DNA from: an uncultured Pseudomonadota bacterium
GTDB taxonomy: Bacteria; Oederibacteriota; Muellerivitia; Muellerivitales; Muellerivitaceae
NCBI GenBank assembly: GCA_963843375.1
Contig: CAWJKT010000004.1
Location: 352,001 to 416,000, forward strand
Direction of reading: 5' to 3'
DNA: 64,000 bases
Shown one piece after another: positions 38,601 through 48,599 of this stretch (positions within the stretch are counted from its first letter, which is position 1; every line of letters begins with the position of its first letter). The position numbers and the translations under genes were made by a program. A model generated the notes under the pieces. That model searched no databases. It was not told the origin of the DNA and saw only the letters and a program-made list of their open reading frames with translations.

Positions 38601-41066
38601 TTACTGGAGGGTCAAAAGTTTAGTGACCCATCGGTTGCCTTGGGCCTCGATGACGACGTAATACAAACCGTTGGCCAGTTGGTTTCCCCATTTATCCGTC
38701 AGTGTGAGGTTGATCGCTTCCCCCGGTAAAACCTGCGGGAAAGGTTCTTCCTGCACCAGGCGGAAAGCTGTCGTGTATATCTTCACTGTCACCTTGGAAA
38801 GGGTAGTGAGGGGTACCCCCAGGTGGATCGGTCCCGACCCCAGGTAGGGGTTGGGGTAAATCAAGGGCGTGGAGCCGGGGGTTAAGGCATGGGTGGGAGT
38901 GGCCGTTCCGGGTTCGGTCGGGGTCGGGGTGTTGGTGACGGTCGGGGTAGTAGTACTGGTGGGCGTGTTGACGGGAGTGTAGGTTGGAGTCAGGGTGTTC
39001 GTAACGGTAAAGGTCGGGGTGTTCGTACCTGTATTTGTTGGAGTGAGGGTCAGGGTACTGGTCGGGGTATTGGTGGCCGTTCCGGTTTCAGTGGGTGTGC
39101 CGGTTACGGAGGGAGTGGGGGTCTTGGATGGGGTCTGGGTCAGTGTTGCGGTGGGGGTATTAGTGGCGCTGTTGGTGGAGGTGCCTGTGGGCGTGCCACT
39201 GGGTGTGATGGTGGGGGTGTTGGTGATAGTAGGAGTGGGGGTCTTAGTGCCTGTGCTTGTTGGGGTGAAGGTTTGGGTGCGGGTGGGGGTGTTGGTTGGC
39301 GTGTAGTCCGGGGTGGTGCCGGTCAGGTCGTTGATCAAGGACTGGCCGTTGGGAGATCCCCAGCCCGTGGCCAAATCATAACCCGCCACGGCGGGAAATT
39401 GGGTAGCGCTGCCGTTATTGCCGCTCGTGATGTCATGGAAATCAAGCGCATAATTCGAGCCCTTGCCAATGGTGTAGAGGGCCTGGTTGGCGAAACCGAT
39501 GGTTGGTTTTCCATTGGCTATGGCCTGCTCGTTGGCGAGGGCGATGAAACCCGCCCAAAGGGGCGCGGCGCAACTGCTGCCGCCTTCGTAAACCTCATCG
39601 CCGTCGCAATCGACGATGAAAGCGTCATTACCCATGCAGGACACATCTGGGACGTTCCGGTAAGTGGTGGATCCATAGTTGGTGCTCATATTAATCCCTG
39701 TCTGGTAGCTGGGAATGGCGTCGCCGGGAAAAGTGCCGGCCAGGATTCCACCCGTCGAGCTCCAGCCGTCTGTCGCGTCGTTGACGGCTACTTCAGAGGA
39801 CCAAGTCGCCCCATTGCCGATCATGGTCAGGTCGGTTGCGCCGACAAGGGTTTGGTCGATTTCATCGTCATTGGCCTCGCCGGATTGTCCGTAGGGCGGG
39901 TCGGAAGTGAATTCACCGTTATAAGGCGGATTGGCATTCCCGTCTCCCGCGGCCAAGAAATAAGTCTGCCCTTGCCCGGCAAATTCCGCCAAGTAATTAT
40001 TTTCCGCCGTCCTTTCGGCGGTAGTAGGTTCCCAGCCCCAGGAATTGCTGAGTTCCATGCAAAGGGGGGTGGATGTGGCCATGCTGTTTAATATGTCGGC
40101 GTTCAGTTTCCCCATGAAAACCACGACCTGGGTGAGGCCGGGAGCCATGGACATAGTCAATTCGATGTCCAAGGCCACTTCGGGTTCGTCAGTGCAGTCG
40201 GGGGTACTGCTGGCGGAAAAGCTGCTGTCGCAGTAAACATTTTCGACAGGGACATTGAGAGACGGGGTGCATTGGGACTCATAGTCGGTAATATCCGCAG
40301 CCCAATAAACGTCCCCCTCGAACAAACCCACGGATTGTCCGGTCCCCGTGAGAGCCACTCCCGGGGCGTAAGCGTTGCGGTAGTCGCTCCCGTCAAAGGT
40401 GCCATCCAGGCCCGAACCGCCACCCAAGTGGGGAACCAAGGAAATTTTGCCCCTCGCCAACCCTTTTGGGGTGGAGCGATGGAAACGGGGACGGGGGGGA
40501 ATTTCGTTATTGAGGCCCGAGACGCAAACCACCCGGGTGTCCAAATCAAGGGAGGGGTCCCTGTCGGGCGCGAAAAACAGGGTTCCGTCGGGCCGTTGGT
40601 AATCATTGATGTTCACGTAAAAGGCTTTTTCCACATCGGAAGTCTTGCCGCTTATGTCCAAAACCATTCGGTTGGAATAGCTTTTCTCCACTGTCAAGCC
40701 ATGGGACCGGGCGAAGAAGGCCAGGGCTTGGTAATCCACCTCAGAGGGACCAAACCTTTCTGTGAACTGTTCGACAGTCAAATAATGGCGATATAGGGGA
40801 CTTCGTGGATCGTAAATGTCCTTTAAAAGATCCTGTAAGTCCTGGAAGTTCCGAAGAGGCAAATTAATGGCCAACCGCATACGGGAAGAGGCGGAATGCC
40901 GGCCCACCAGCGGTGCCCTTTGCATAGAAGGGGACCGGTGGCCTTGCAATAGTTGGCGTCCCTGGTTTTGGGCCAGGGAGAGAGAAACGAAAGAACCATA
41001 AAATAAAAATAACGCGGTGAAGGCCCCAAGACGAGAAAGCATTTTTACCCGCTCTTTTGATTTCAT
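38601..41066 (-). CDS. S53 (sedolisin/kumamolisin) peptidase with pro-domain, Thr/Pro linker and C-terminal sorting-like Ig domain
   Basis: Pro-domain DP.SP.YRHYLT.EQF..RFGP; catalytic EVALD, AAGD and GGSSCAAP; Ca-site [11 protein letters not shown]; long (TP/TNTP)n linker; C-terminal IYPNP...GLYY...KL. Confidence 0.92.
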   Translation of the reverse strand: MKSKERVKMLSRLGAFTALFLFYGSFVSLSLAQNQGRQLLQGHRSPSMQRAPLVGRHSASSRMRLAINLPLRNFQDLQDLLKDIYDPRSPLYRHYLTVEQFTERFGPSEVDYQALAFFARSHGLTVEKSYSNRMVLDISGKTSDVEKAFYVNINDYQRPDGTLFFAPDRDPSLDLDTRVVCVSGLNNEIPPRPRFHRSTPKGLARGKISLVPHLGGGSGLDGTFDGSDYRNAYAPGVALTGTGQSVGLFEGDVYWAADITDYESQCTPSLNVPVENVYCDSSFSASSTPDCTDEPEVALDIELTMSMAPGLTQVVVFMGKLNADILNSMATSTPLCMELSNSWGWEPTTAERTAENNYLAEFAGQGQTYFLAAGDGNANPPYNGEFTSDPPYGQSGEANDDEIDQTLVGATDLTMIGNGATWSSEVAVNDATDGWSSTGGILAGTFPGDAIPSYQTGINMSTNYGSTTYRNVPDVSCMGNDAFIVDCDGDEVYEGGSSCAAPLWAGFIALANEQAIANGKPTIGFANQALYTIGKGSNYALDFHDITSGNNGSATQFPAVAGYDLATGWGSPNGQSLINDLTGTTPDYTPTNTPTRTQTFTPTSTGTKTPTPTITNTPTITPSGTPTGTSTNSATNTPTATLTQTPSKTPTPSVTGTPTETGTATNTPTSTLTLTPTNTGTNTPTFTVTNTLTPTYTPVNTPTSTTTPTVTNTPTPTEPGTATPTHALTPGSTPLIYPNPYLGSGPIHLGVPLTTLSKVTVKIYTTAFRLVQEEPFPQVLPGEAINLTLTDKWGNQLANGLYYVVIEAQGNRWVTKLLTLQ
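38872..39325 (-). repeat. Thr/Pro-rich low-complexity coding repeat (linker of the S53 peptidase)
   Basis: About 150 codons of TPT/TNTPT/TxT repeats with degenerate DNA. Confidence 0.9.
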
Positions 41067-41247
41067 ATTAAGGTTAGAGTTCCCGGGGATTTTTCCTAAG
41101 TCCGGGTATTCATATATCCCCTATTCTACCGCAGTTTTGAATTTTCATGCCGGGTGCCCGCCGTCATCCAGTCTTGTTTCCAGTAGCGATTTTGGGGAAA
41201 TCCAAGGTATAAAGGTTTCAGGGCTATAAAGGGCCCAGAAGGAAGTC

Positions 41248-42093
41248 ATGATTCGAGATCTCTTGAAATTGGGCGGGGTCATCACCATGCTCTTGCAGTC
41301 CTTACCCGCCTATGCTTGGGGGCCGGAGGGCCACCAAATCGTTGCCACTATCGCTCAAGACTACCTCAACCCGGCTGCGAAAAAAAAAATCAAAGCTCTC
41401 CTGGGTCCGCACAACACCTTGGCTTCCATCTCCAATTGGGCGGATGAGATCAAACCCGGCCGGCCTGAAACGGCCCCTTGGCATTACATTGACCTGCCTT
41501 ACCGTAAGAACATCTCGGTCGCCGACGAGGAATACTATTGCCCCGACGGGAATTGCATCGTCCACCAAATCACACTGGAGGAGGCCATTTTAAAGAACCC
41601 TTCAATGACGAACGATCAAAGGCTGGAAGCCCTGAAATTCCTCGTCCATTTCATAGGCGATCTCCACCAACCCCTCCATTGTGCGGACGACGGCGACCGC
41701 GGTGGGAACGAGAAAATAATGCTTTTTCAACCTTCCTGGCTCGACTCGCAGGGGAGAAGATTCGTGATGAAAATCAGCCTACACGCTCTTTGGGATGATC
41801 TCATTGCCCCGGGTAAAAGTGAGGACCCCCACCAAATGGCGAAAATTCTAGAAAGGGGAATTAGTCTCAAGGATAAAGAAGTTTGGGCCAAAGGCGACGA
41901 AAGGGACTGGGCTTTTGAGAGTTATATGGTGGCTAAAACCAAAATTTACCCCGGGCTGGATTGGGGATCGCAGGATTGCACCAACCGGCCTTTGCCCCCC
42001 GATTATTTCTTTACCATGCGCCCGGTCGCCTGTGTCCAACTTGAAAAAGCGGGTGTCCGGCTTGCTTTCATTTTAAATGGAATTTTCAACTGA
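41248..42093 (+). CDS. S1/P1 nuclease, secreted
   Basis: AYA|WGPEGH, WAD, WHYID, LVHFIGDLHQPLH, GGN and LHALWD motifs. Confidence 0.95.
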   Translation: MIRDLLKLGGVITMLLQSLPAYAWGPEGHQIVATIAQDYLNPAAKKKIKALLGPHNTLASISNWADEIKPGRPETAPWHYIDLPYRKNISVADEEYYCPDGNCIVHQITLEEAILKNPSMTNDQRLEALKFLVHFIGDLHQPLHCADDGDRGGNEKIMLFQPSWLDSQGRRFVMKISLHALWDDLIAPGKSEDPHQMAKILERGISLKDKEVWAKGDERDWAFESYMVAKTKIYPGLDWGSQDCTNRPLPPDYFFTMRPVACVQLEKAGVRLAFILNGIFN

Positions 42094-42140
42094 TTGTGGA
42101 GGGAGCTATTGGACTGACCGGCGATGGGCTGGTTTATCTC

Positions 42141-42887
42141 TCAATGCCCTCCGCCCGGCGAGGGACTGTAGAAACCTGGATGGTGGTTTCGGGGATGGAA
42201 GAGAAAAAGCCATCTTAATCTTTCAAAGTGAGGTGGCCAATCCTCGATTCCGATCCAGGAAAGGCCGACCCTGATCCAGCTTCCCCAAAATTTGAGGTAT
42301 TCCTGTTGAAACCAGAAATTGAAAATCCAATTTTCGGGCAGGGGAGAAGTGGCGTAAGGTTCCACCGTGACGCCCGATCCACGGAGGTAATAACGGGTTA
42401 AAAGCAAAGCCCGGGGCAGATGATACCAGGGCAGGGCCAATACCACCTTTTTGACCCCGGCGGCGATGATGAGCGGGGCGCAATAACGGGCGTTTTGGTC
42501 GGTGGTTTTGGATTGGTTCTCCATTTGAACACGTTTGCCCATGAGGATGGATGGATTGGGAATGAAAAAATTCCAACCGGAAATAAGGAAAATCGGAGGC
42601 GGTCCCGGTCCGTCCCAACCCGCGATGAAATTCGCTCGTTTCCAATCGCCACCGTAGACCAGCACCAACTCGGCGGAAGGGGTGGTTTTGGGCAGGCTAT
42701 AGTAAATACAGGCAAAATAAACCCCTTCACCCGCCAGGAGAATAAAAATGAGGAAGATTAAAATTGGGCGCGCCTTTTGGACGGCCTTCGAGATATTAAA
42801 AAGCCCTCCCTCGGACGGATTCGCTCGGGAAGTGATGGCCCCGGGGTCTTTGGATTTAAAGGGAGTCCTGGCCGGCACCATTTTCAT
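42141..42887 (-). CDS. YdcF/DUF218 (ElyC/SanA-like) envelope protein
   Basis: N-terminal TM helix; V.GG...R, ENQSKTTDQNA and YHLPRA motifs. The exact start is uncertain. Confidence 0.75.
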   Translation of the reverse strand: MKMVPARTPFKSKDPGAITSRANPSEGGLFNISKAVQKARPILIFLIFILLAGEGVYFACIYYSLPKTTPSAELVLVYGGDWKRANFIAGWDGPGPPPIFLISGWNFFIPNPSILMGKRVQMENQSKTTDQNARYCAPLIIAAGVKKVVLALPWYHLPRALLLTRYYLRGSGVTVEPYATSPLPENWIFNFWFQQEYLKFWGSWIRVGLSWIGIEDWPPHFERLRWLFLFHPRNHHPGFYSPSPGGGH

Positions 42888-43182
42888 TTACTGACTCTTT
42901 CTAATTCCCTGGTTTTGATGGTCAAATTGTCCATAAAAACAACTTTAATCAGAAATCCTATTTGGAGCAATACCACTCCTTACACAGTCTTTTCATATTT
43001 TTTGTTGTAAAGATTTTCCATTTGACCCGTTTTCCCAGGTTTTAGGCAGAGGGAGAACCTCATTTATAGCATTAAAAGCATTTCCAATTATCAAGCGGCA
43101 GAGGCTTCTGTTTCCGGTGGCGAATCGAGGGAAATCCGGGGTATAAAGGCATCTCCGACAATGACGGACCAAGAAGGACGCC

Positions 43183-43969
43183 ATGACTCAAAGTGTCTTG
43201 GAAGTGGGCGCGGCCCTCGTTTTTAAAAACGGCAAATTCCTCATTACCCAGCGCAAGGAAAAAGATTCCTTTGGAGGCTATTGGGAACTGCCCGGCGGAA
43301 AGAAGGAGCCCACCGAATCCCTGGAAGAATGCGTCAAACGGGAACTCAAGGAAGAGCTGGATATCGAGGTGGAGATCAAGCATTTCTTCCGTATCCTTAC
43401 CTACCACTATCCCCAGCGTTCGGTGCGGTTGAATGTCTTCTTTTGCTCGCATAGGTCCGGCGAACCCAAGACGATCGAGTGTCAGGCCCTGGCCTGGGTG
43501 GAACCCAAAGATCTCATCTTCCTACAAATTTCCTGACGCGGACCAGACTCTCCTCCAAGAGCTTGGCCAGCGTGACGATTGGGATAGCTACCTGGACAAC
43601 CTGAAATACCCTCATGAATATTTGGAAGGCATCCGGCTTTTCAATTCGGGTGAATATTTCGAGTGCCACGAGATGCTGGAGGATTTATGGCACCCTTCGG
43701 AAGGGTCGGAACGCCTGCATTATCAGGGCCTGATTCAGGCCGCCATCGCAGTGGAACATTTCCGCAAGGACAACTGGACGGGGGCCCTGGGACTCTACCA
43801 AAAGGCCTGTGAAAAATGGGACCAGATGCCGCCCCAGTTCATGGGCGTGGATTTGAAATGGTTGAGAGGGAAACTGGATATTTTCTTCGGCCAAATCCAA
43901 AAGGCCGGGCCCACCGGTATGCGGGGCGTGGATATCGGGTTGGTACCCAAGATTCCGTTGCCAGAATAA
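43183..43969 (+). CDS. MutT-type Nudix hydrolase fused to a DUF309 domain, one frameshift near 43515
   Basis: Nudix box GGKKEPTESLEECVKRELKEEL. The MutT-like C-terminal YKFPDADQTLL is in frame with the DUF309 motif LFNSGEYFECHEMLEDLW...QGLIQ.A...H. Confidence 0.8.
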
Positions 43970-44008
43970 AACCAAGAATCGAAAAAAATCAGAAGAAAAG
44001 AATTTTTC

Positions 44009-44121
44009 ACCACCAAGGGCACCAAGCACACCAAGGACGACGAATGAAAAAGACATATAAGATGTAAGCAATCCAAATCTCTGCTTTGGCTTTTCTTGGT
44101 GAACTTGGTGCCCTTGGTGGT
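44009..44121. repeat. Intergenic inverted repeat built from three 9-bp CACCAAGnn units per arm
   Basis: Left arm ACCACCAAGGGCACCAAGCACACCAAG (44009-44035) versus right arm CTTGGTGAACTTGGTGCCCTTGGTGGT (44095-44121): 25 of 27 positions complementary. Confidence 0.85.
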
Positions 44122-44135
44122 TAATCGCCTTTGAC

Positions 44136-45190
44136 CTAGTAGTGGTAACTGATCGAAAACCCACATCCGCGCCGGTGTAATCCACATTCACGGGCTTATA
44201 CCGTTGTTCCCGGGAGGTTGGCCCGAGGAGCCATTGGAATCGGTTGATAAAACCGAAGTTTGGCTGGATCCCGCAGCATTTGTCGTGGTGCCTTGGATGT
44301 TGCCGGTTGTCGCATAACCGAGCCCTCACGAATAGGCTGGCGGAGAATTGGTCCCCCAAGGCTATTTCCCAGCCTAAACCCAGGAAACCACCTATACCAA
44401 TGCCCGCCATCTCGCCCGATTCGAAAACATTTCCGTTATTCAGGTAATTCAAATTCACAATGGTGTTATATAAACCCCCGCCAGCGTTGGCGTAAAATCG
44501 GGTTCGGCCCAATTTGAAAAAACGGAAATACTCGGCCTGAACGGAGATCATTTCGGGCTGAACGCTTTCTTTCAAATAGCCCTCGTTTTCTTTGCTTTGG
44601 GCGGTGTATCCGTTCAAGGTGGCTCCGTCCACCACCACGCCCCAAGCGTTGAAGGTGTCCAGCATGAAGCCCACTTCCATTCCCCCTAAAAGGCCGAAAC
44701 CGTCCGCCGTGGCAGTATTTTGAATATTGATTGCCGTGTAATAATTGCTAAAGGCTGTGGCAGCCTTGGACAGATCCCCCAGCCTTGCGGTCATGACGCC
44801 GGTTTGGAACTTGAACCAAATATCGTAGTTCCGGAATGCCCGGGGATAAGGATCATTTTTTTCGTTCTCCCAAATGATCCGGGCCCGAATGCTTTCCGCT
44901 AGGTTCCAGAGTTCCGAGTTTCGGGGATTCCAATGAAGACTATGGTCAAAAGCGGCCAAGGCGAGGGCTGGCTGGTTGGAAAGGTAATAGTCGTAACCCA
45001 GGATTTGCCAGGCTTTCCAGTTTTGGGGCTCCAACTGGACTGCGGCCTTCATGTAGGGGATGGAATCCGCGTAATCCTTGCGCGCGTATAAATCAAAGCC
45101 CGCCACATAATAATCGTTGGTCGTGGCGGCCCGTAGGGGAAGGGATAAAATCGAGAGAAATAAAATTTGAAGAACCAACCGAAAAGGCAT
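44136..45190 (-). CDS. TPR plus outer-membrane beta-barrel protein, frameshifted near the 3' end
   Basis: Signal peptide (LRA|A), two TPR units, then beta strands (FYANAGGGLY, GFLGLGWE). The reconstructed end ...VDYTGADVGF(S)ISYHY has a terminal aromatic residue and stop at 44136. Confidence 0.7.
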
Positions 45191-45302
45191 TGGAGTCCTA
45201 AATGGAATTGGGTTAAAAACCGCCCCAGTATAATCCGAAGGGATAAGGCAAATCAGGCGGTTTGGGTGGAAGAATCGGCTGCCCGGGGTTTTCATCAAGG
45301 TT

Positions 45303-46217
45303 CTAAGAATGGAGTGCGTTTCGAATCCACATTGGGTATTTGATCCTCTCCAAAGCGCTGTTCCGGGTGAAAGTTTTGAATTCCAATTCGGACATTTGGA
45401 CGGCCTTTTCCTTGGTGAGTTCGAGGACTTCGGGACGGGGTTGGAAAGCTTCCTCGTGTCCTGCCGGGGCGTTGACATTATAAGGGCAGACAGTCTGACA
45501 GAGATCACAACCCGCCAAGTAACCGTGAAGATCGATTTTCTTCGGAAGATCTGAACGGTGTTCCAGGGTGAGGTAACTGATGCATTTCGTTGCGTTCAAG
45601 AGCCCTGGCTCCTCCAAGGCACCCGTGGGGCAGGCGTCCAGGCAGGCGGTACAAGTTTTACAAAGATTCTCCACCGGTTCGTCGGGCGCCAGATCCACGT
45701 CGGTTAGGATTTCACCTAAAAAAATAAAGGACCCGAATTTTTTATTTAAAAGAAGTGTGTTTTTTCCGGTCCAGCCCAGGCCCGCGACAGCGGAATAACC
45801 GCGTTCCAAGACGGGGCCCGTGTCCACATAGGACTTGGCCTTGGCGCCGGGTTCGATTTCCCGGCAAAGATAAGTGATGAGGACCTCCAGCTTTTCCCTC
45901 ATGACTTCATGGTAATCCCGGCCCCAGGCGTAACAGGAAACGGGATTTTTCTCAAGGAGGGGAGCGTGTTCGGGTTTCGGGTTATAGCTTAAGGCGACGC
46001 AGAAAAACGATTTGGCCCCGGGTAAAAGGGACTGGGGATCGCCCCGTTCCTCTTTACGACGGTCCAAATAACCCATTTCGCCGGCATAACCGCGCTTCAG
46101 CCAATCCAAGAAGAAAGCGTAACTCTCGGGGGCAATGGCCGCAGCGGCCCCAGCAAGTTCAAAACCTTGCTCATAGGCCTTTTGTTTGAGAAGAGAGGTA
46201 CGCTCAAGGGCGTTCAT
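45303..46217 (-). CDS. queG: Epoxyqueuosine reductase
   Basis: GYAGEMGY, YAWGRDYH, VDTGPVLER, GLGW.GKN, CxxCxxCxxxCP and GCDLCQTVCP motifs; ATGA overlap with the upstream gene. Confidence 0.95.
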   Translation of the reverse strand: MNALERTSLLKQKAYEQGFELAGAAAAIAPESYAFFLDWLKRGYAGEMGYLDRRKEERGDPQSLLPGAKSFFCVALSYNPKPEHAPLLEKNPVSCYAWGRDYHEVMREKLEVLITYLCREIEPGAKAKSYVDTGPVLERGYSAVAGLGWTGKNTLLLNKKFGSFIFLGEILTDVDLAPDEPVENLCKTCTACLDACPTGALEEPGLLNATKCISYLTLEHRSDLPKKIDLHGYLAGCDLCQTVCPYNVNAPAGHEEAFQPRPEVLELTKEKAVQMSELEFKTFTRNSALERIKYPMWIRNALHS

Positions 46218-46750
46218 TCGTTTTTGAAATGGGAATAGGTGAGGCCCACCGCGCTGATGGAAGCGAAGACCAGCACGAGGCCGACCATCACGCGGAATTG
46301 ATTGGACCCGGCGATCAAGGCGATTAGACCCGCCACTACCACGGTCCAAGAAAAGCCGATCCAAAGCCAATCTTTGGCCTTTCTCATGGGGCCATGGGCT
46401 TTCAATTTTGCCGTGAATTGGGATGAGGTAAAGCGTTCCAGAGTTGTTGTGTTGTCCACTTGGCCGCCTAATTCACGCAGGAGAGTATCCACGAGAAAAA
46501 GCTGGAGTTCATGGGCCCGGGTGGGAGCGTCCCGGTAAACTGAAATTTTGTAGCGCCCGGTTTCTGGATCATGGGTGAGCAGACATTCCAACTCGGGGGG
46601 GCCTGCTTCAAAAAAACGGACGGATTCCCATTCTTGGTCCGGACCCTTCAAGTTGATTTCCACGGGAAAGCCCCGGTGATGTAGGTCCTCCATTAACCGG
46701 GTTCCTTGAGGCTTTTCATTTTTTTCGGGAGTCAGGACATATTCAGCCAT
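46214..46750 (-). CDS. Hypothetical membrane protein
   Basis: 178 aa with two C-terminal TM helices; translationally coupled to queG. Confidence 0.6.
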   Translation of the reverse strand: MAEYVLTPEKNEKPQGTRLMEDLHHRGFPVEINLKGPDQEWESVRFFEAGPPELECLLTHDPETGRYKISVYRDAPTRAHELQLFLVDTLLRELGGQVDNTTTLERFTSSQFTAKLKAHGPMRKAKDWLWIGFSWTVVVAGLIALIAGSNQFRVMVGLVLVFASISAVGLTYSHFKNE

Positions 46751-46791
46751 TTTGGTTTAGAGGCTCCGATAAAACGTTTTTAAGAATGTAC

Positions 46792-46823
46792 AAAAAAACA
46801 GGGGCGGAGAAAAACTCCGCCCC
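46792..46823 (-). terminator. Rho-independent terminator after mtnD
   Basis: GGGGCGGAG-AAAAA-CTCCGCCCC hairpin with an A-run on its left side, which is a U-tract on the minus strand. Confidence 0.8.
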
Positions 46824-46845
46824 TGGACGAATCAAATAAATTTTT

Positions 46846-47310
46846 TTATTTTGCAGCGGCGGCTTGCGCGCCCTGGCGATAGACCGGGGTCCAACCCGAC
46901 TGGTCCTTGAAGAGACGGACGCATTGGATTTTCTTCTCGTCGGTCAGGTAGAAGCGGTGAAAACGGTTGGCCGGAACCGAGATGAAATCCTGGGGCTCGA
47001 CCATGACCTTCATCCAACGGTCGTCCTGGCTTCGGATTTCGAATACGCCCGAACCCGCCAGCACGAAACGCACCTCGTCGTCGGTATGCAGGTGTTCCCC
47101 GACGAACTTATCGCAAAGGGCCTGGAAATTAGGCATCTCGGACCACATCTTGACCTGGTCCATGGTGACGTAGCCGTTTTCCTTCATGATTTTTTCCAAG
47201 GGAGGTTTGTATGCCGTTTCCTCGATGGGAAGTTGTTGGTAAGTGACTCCTTGGGCGTTGAGTTCCTCCGAGGTGATGTTATTGCCCGTCTCCAACCAAA
47301 TTGCTTTCAT
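46846..47310 (-). CDS. mtnD: Acireductone dioxygenase (methionine salvage)
   Basis: Cupin metal motif EHLHTDDEVRF...GSG...VPA..FHRF and RLF; adjacent to mtnB. Confidence 0.92.
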   Translation of the reverse strand: MKAIWLETGNNITSEELNAQGVTYQQLPIEETAYKPPLEKIMKENGYVTMDQVKMWSEMPNFQALCDKFVGEHLHTDDEVRFVLAGSGVFEIRSQDDRWMKVMVEPQDFISVPANRFHRFYLTDEKKIQCVRLFKDQSGWTPVYRQGAQAAAAK

Positions 47311-47391
47311 GCGTCCTCCTCAAAAACTGTTTTGAATTTTAAGTTTTGAGTGAAACTCAAAACAAATAACCAATTAGAACTTAAACTTTTG

Positions 47392-48063
47392 TTAAGTTTC
47401 CAGCGCGATTCCCAGCTGTTTCATTCGTCCCGCCGCCTCGAAAAGGTAGTCGTAACATTCGGCGTGAGTTTTAGCCTGCTTCCAATCCTTGCCCCAAACA
47501 TAGACTCCGTGGCGCCGCACCAAAATCGCGCGGGTCTTGGGGTTGTTTTTGATCGCCGCACCCAGGGAATCGGCCAGTTCGCACTCATAGGCGGTGTTGT
47601 CAATAATGGGAACTTCCAGAGTGTCGAATGCGCCGTAACCCTCCACGCCCTTTTGCATTTCCATATTCTTAATTCGGAATTGCTTGTCGAAAAGCATGGT
47701 GGCGGTGGCTGCGTTGACCGAATGGCTGTGAAGGACAGCGCCGGCGTTCCTCATTTTATAGGCGTGCATGAAGAGGGGGGCGCATTGGGAAAGCTTCAAA
47801 CCCCGCCCCGGTTCTTCCACGATATTGCCGTCACCGTCCAGGACGAAGATATCTTCCGGATTTAACCTTTCCTTTTGGACGCCGCTGGGGGCCATATAGA
47901 TGTGATCCCCCTCCTTGATGGAAATCCCCCCGCCGGTGCCGGAGGCCCAACCCAGATCGTAAAAATTACGGCATAATTCGCAGACCAATTCACGGGTTTT
48001 TTGGGAAGAGGAGGAAGGTTTATGGGACTTCTTAACTTTTGCTTCAGTTAGAATAGATTTCAT
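47392..48063 (-). CDS. mtnB: Methylthioribulose-1-phosphate dehydratase
   Basis: [34 protein letters not shown] and RRHGVYVWG motifs. Confidence 0.95.
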   Translation of the reverse strand: MKSILTEAKVKKSHKPSSSSQKTRELVCELCRNFYDLGWASGTGGGISIKEGDHIYMAPSGVQKERLNPEDIFVLDGDGNIVEEPGRGLKLSQCAPLFMHAYKMRNAGAVLHSHSVNAATATMLFDKQFRIKNMEMQKGVEGYGAFDTLEVPIIDNTAYECELADSLGAAIKNNPKTRAILVRRHGVYVWGKDWKQAKTHAECYDYLFEAAGRMKQLGIALET

Positions 48064-48143
48064 TTTGAAATAAATTATCAGTATTCTGTCCTGAAACGTC
48101 AAGAGAAAGACAAATCTAAGAATCCCGGTGTAAAGGAAAGTCT

Positions 48144-48599
48144 GTGGCCTCTTATTACCAATTCACCCAATCGCTATTCATCCAAGCTTCCCCTGAAAAA
48201 GTTTACGACGCCTTAACGAATTGGCCGGTTCGCGCCCAATGGCGCCGTGGAATCGAAATTGACTGGGAAGAAGAAGGAATCGCTTTCCTGAACCAAAAAG
48301 TGACCTTCCGGGTCAAAAGACCCTTGTTTACCTATTCTTTTTCCTTTCGCGTAACGGGGCTGGAACCGCCTCGGCGATTATATATGGAATACACCGGAAG
48401 GCCCTTATTGGGACGGGCCGCGCTGGAAATAAATCCCCAGGGTAGTGGTTGCCAAGTGTTTTTCCATTGGATGAAAGTGCAACCAGTCGGGTGGGCGGCC
48501 AGGCTGTTCTTCGCCTTCGGATTCGGGTTGCGGACGCACCGTATAAGGACAATGGAAACTTTGGAGATGCTGAAGGAATACCTCGAAGGTAAGGCTTAA
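48144..48599 (+). CDS. SRPBCC (START-like) family protein
   Basis: [12 protein letters not shown]....W and EPP.RL motifs; 151 aa. Confidence 0.7.
   Translation: MASYYQFTQSLFIQASPEKVYDALTNWPVRAQWRRGIEIDWEEEGIAFLNQKVTFRVKRPLFTYSFSFRVTGLEPPRRLYMEYTGRPLLGRAALEINPQGSGCQVFFHWMKVQPVGWAARLFFAFGFGLRTHRIRTMETLEMLKEYLEGKA

Noticed and set aside
38889..40091. 400-aa Gly-rich ORF and 103-aa Val/Gly-rich ORF on the plus strand
   Set aside because: They are antisense shadows of the Thr/Pro linker and catalytic domain of the S53 peptidase.
43685..45508. 607-aa ORF in the track
   Set aside because: It is an artefact. The plausible start is 45190, and the 3' part reads through the palindrome and antisense to DUF309 because of frameshifts.
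48064..48143. SAM riboswitch upstream of mtnB
   Set aside because: The gap is only 80 bp, is shared with a divergent gene, and shows no S-box consensus.
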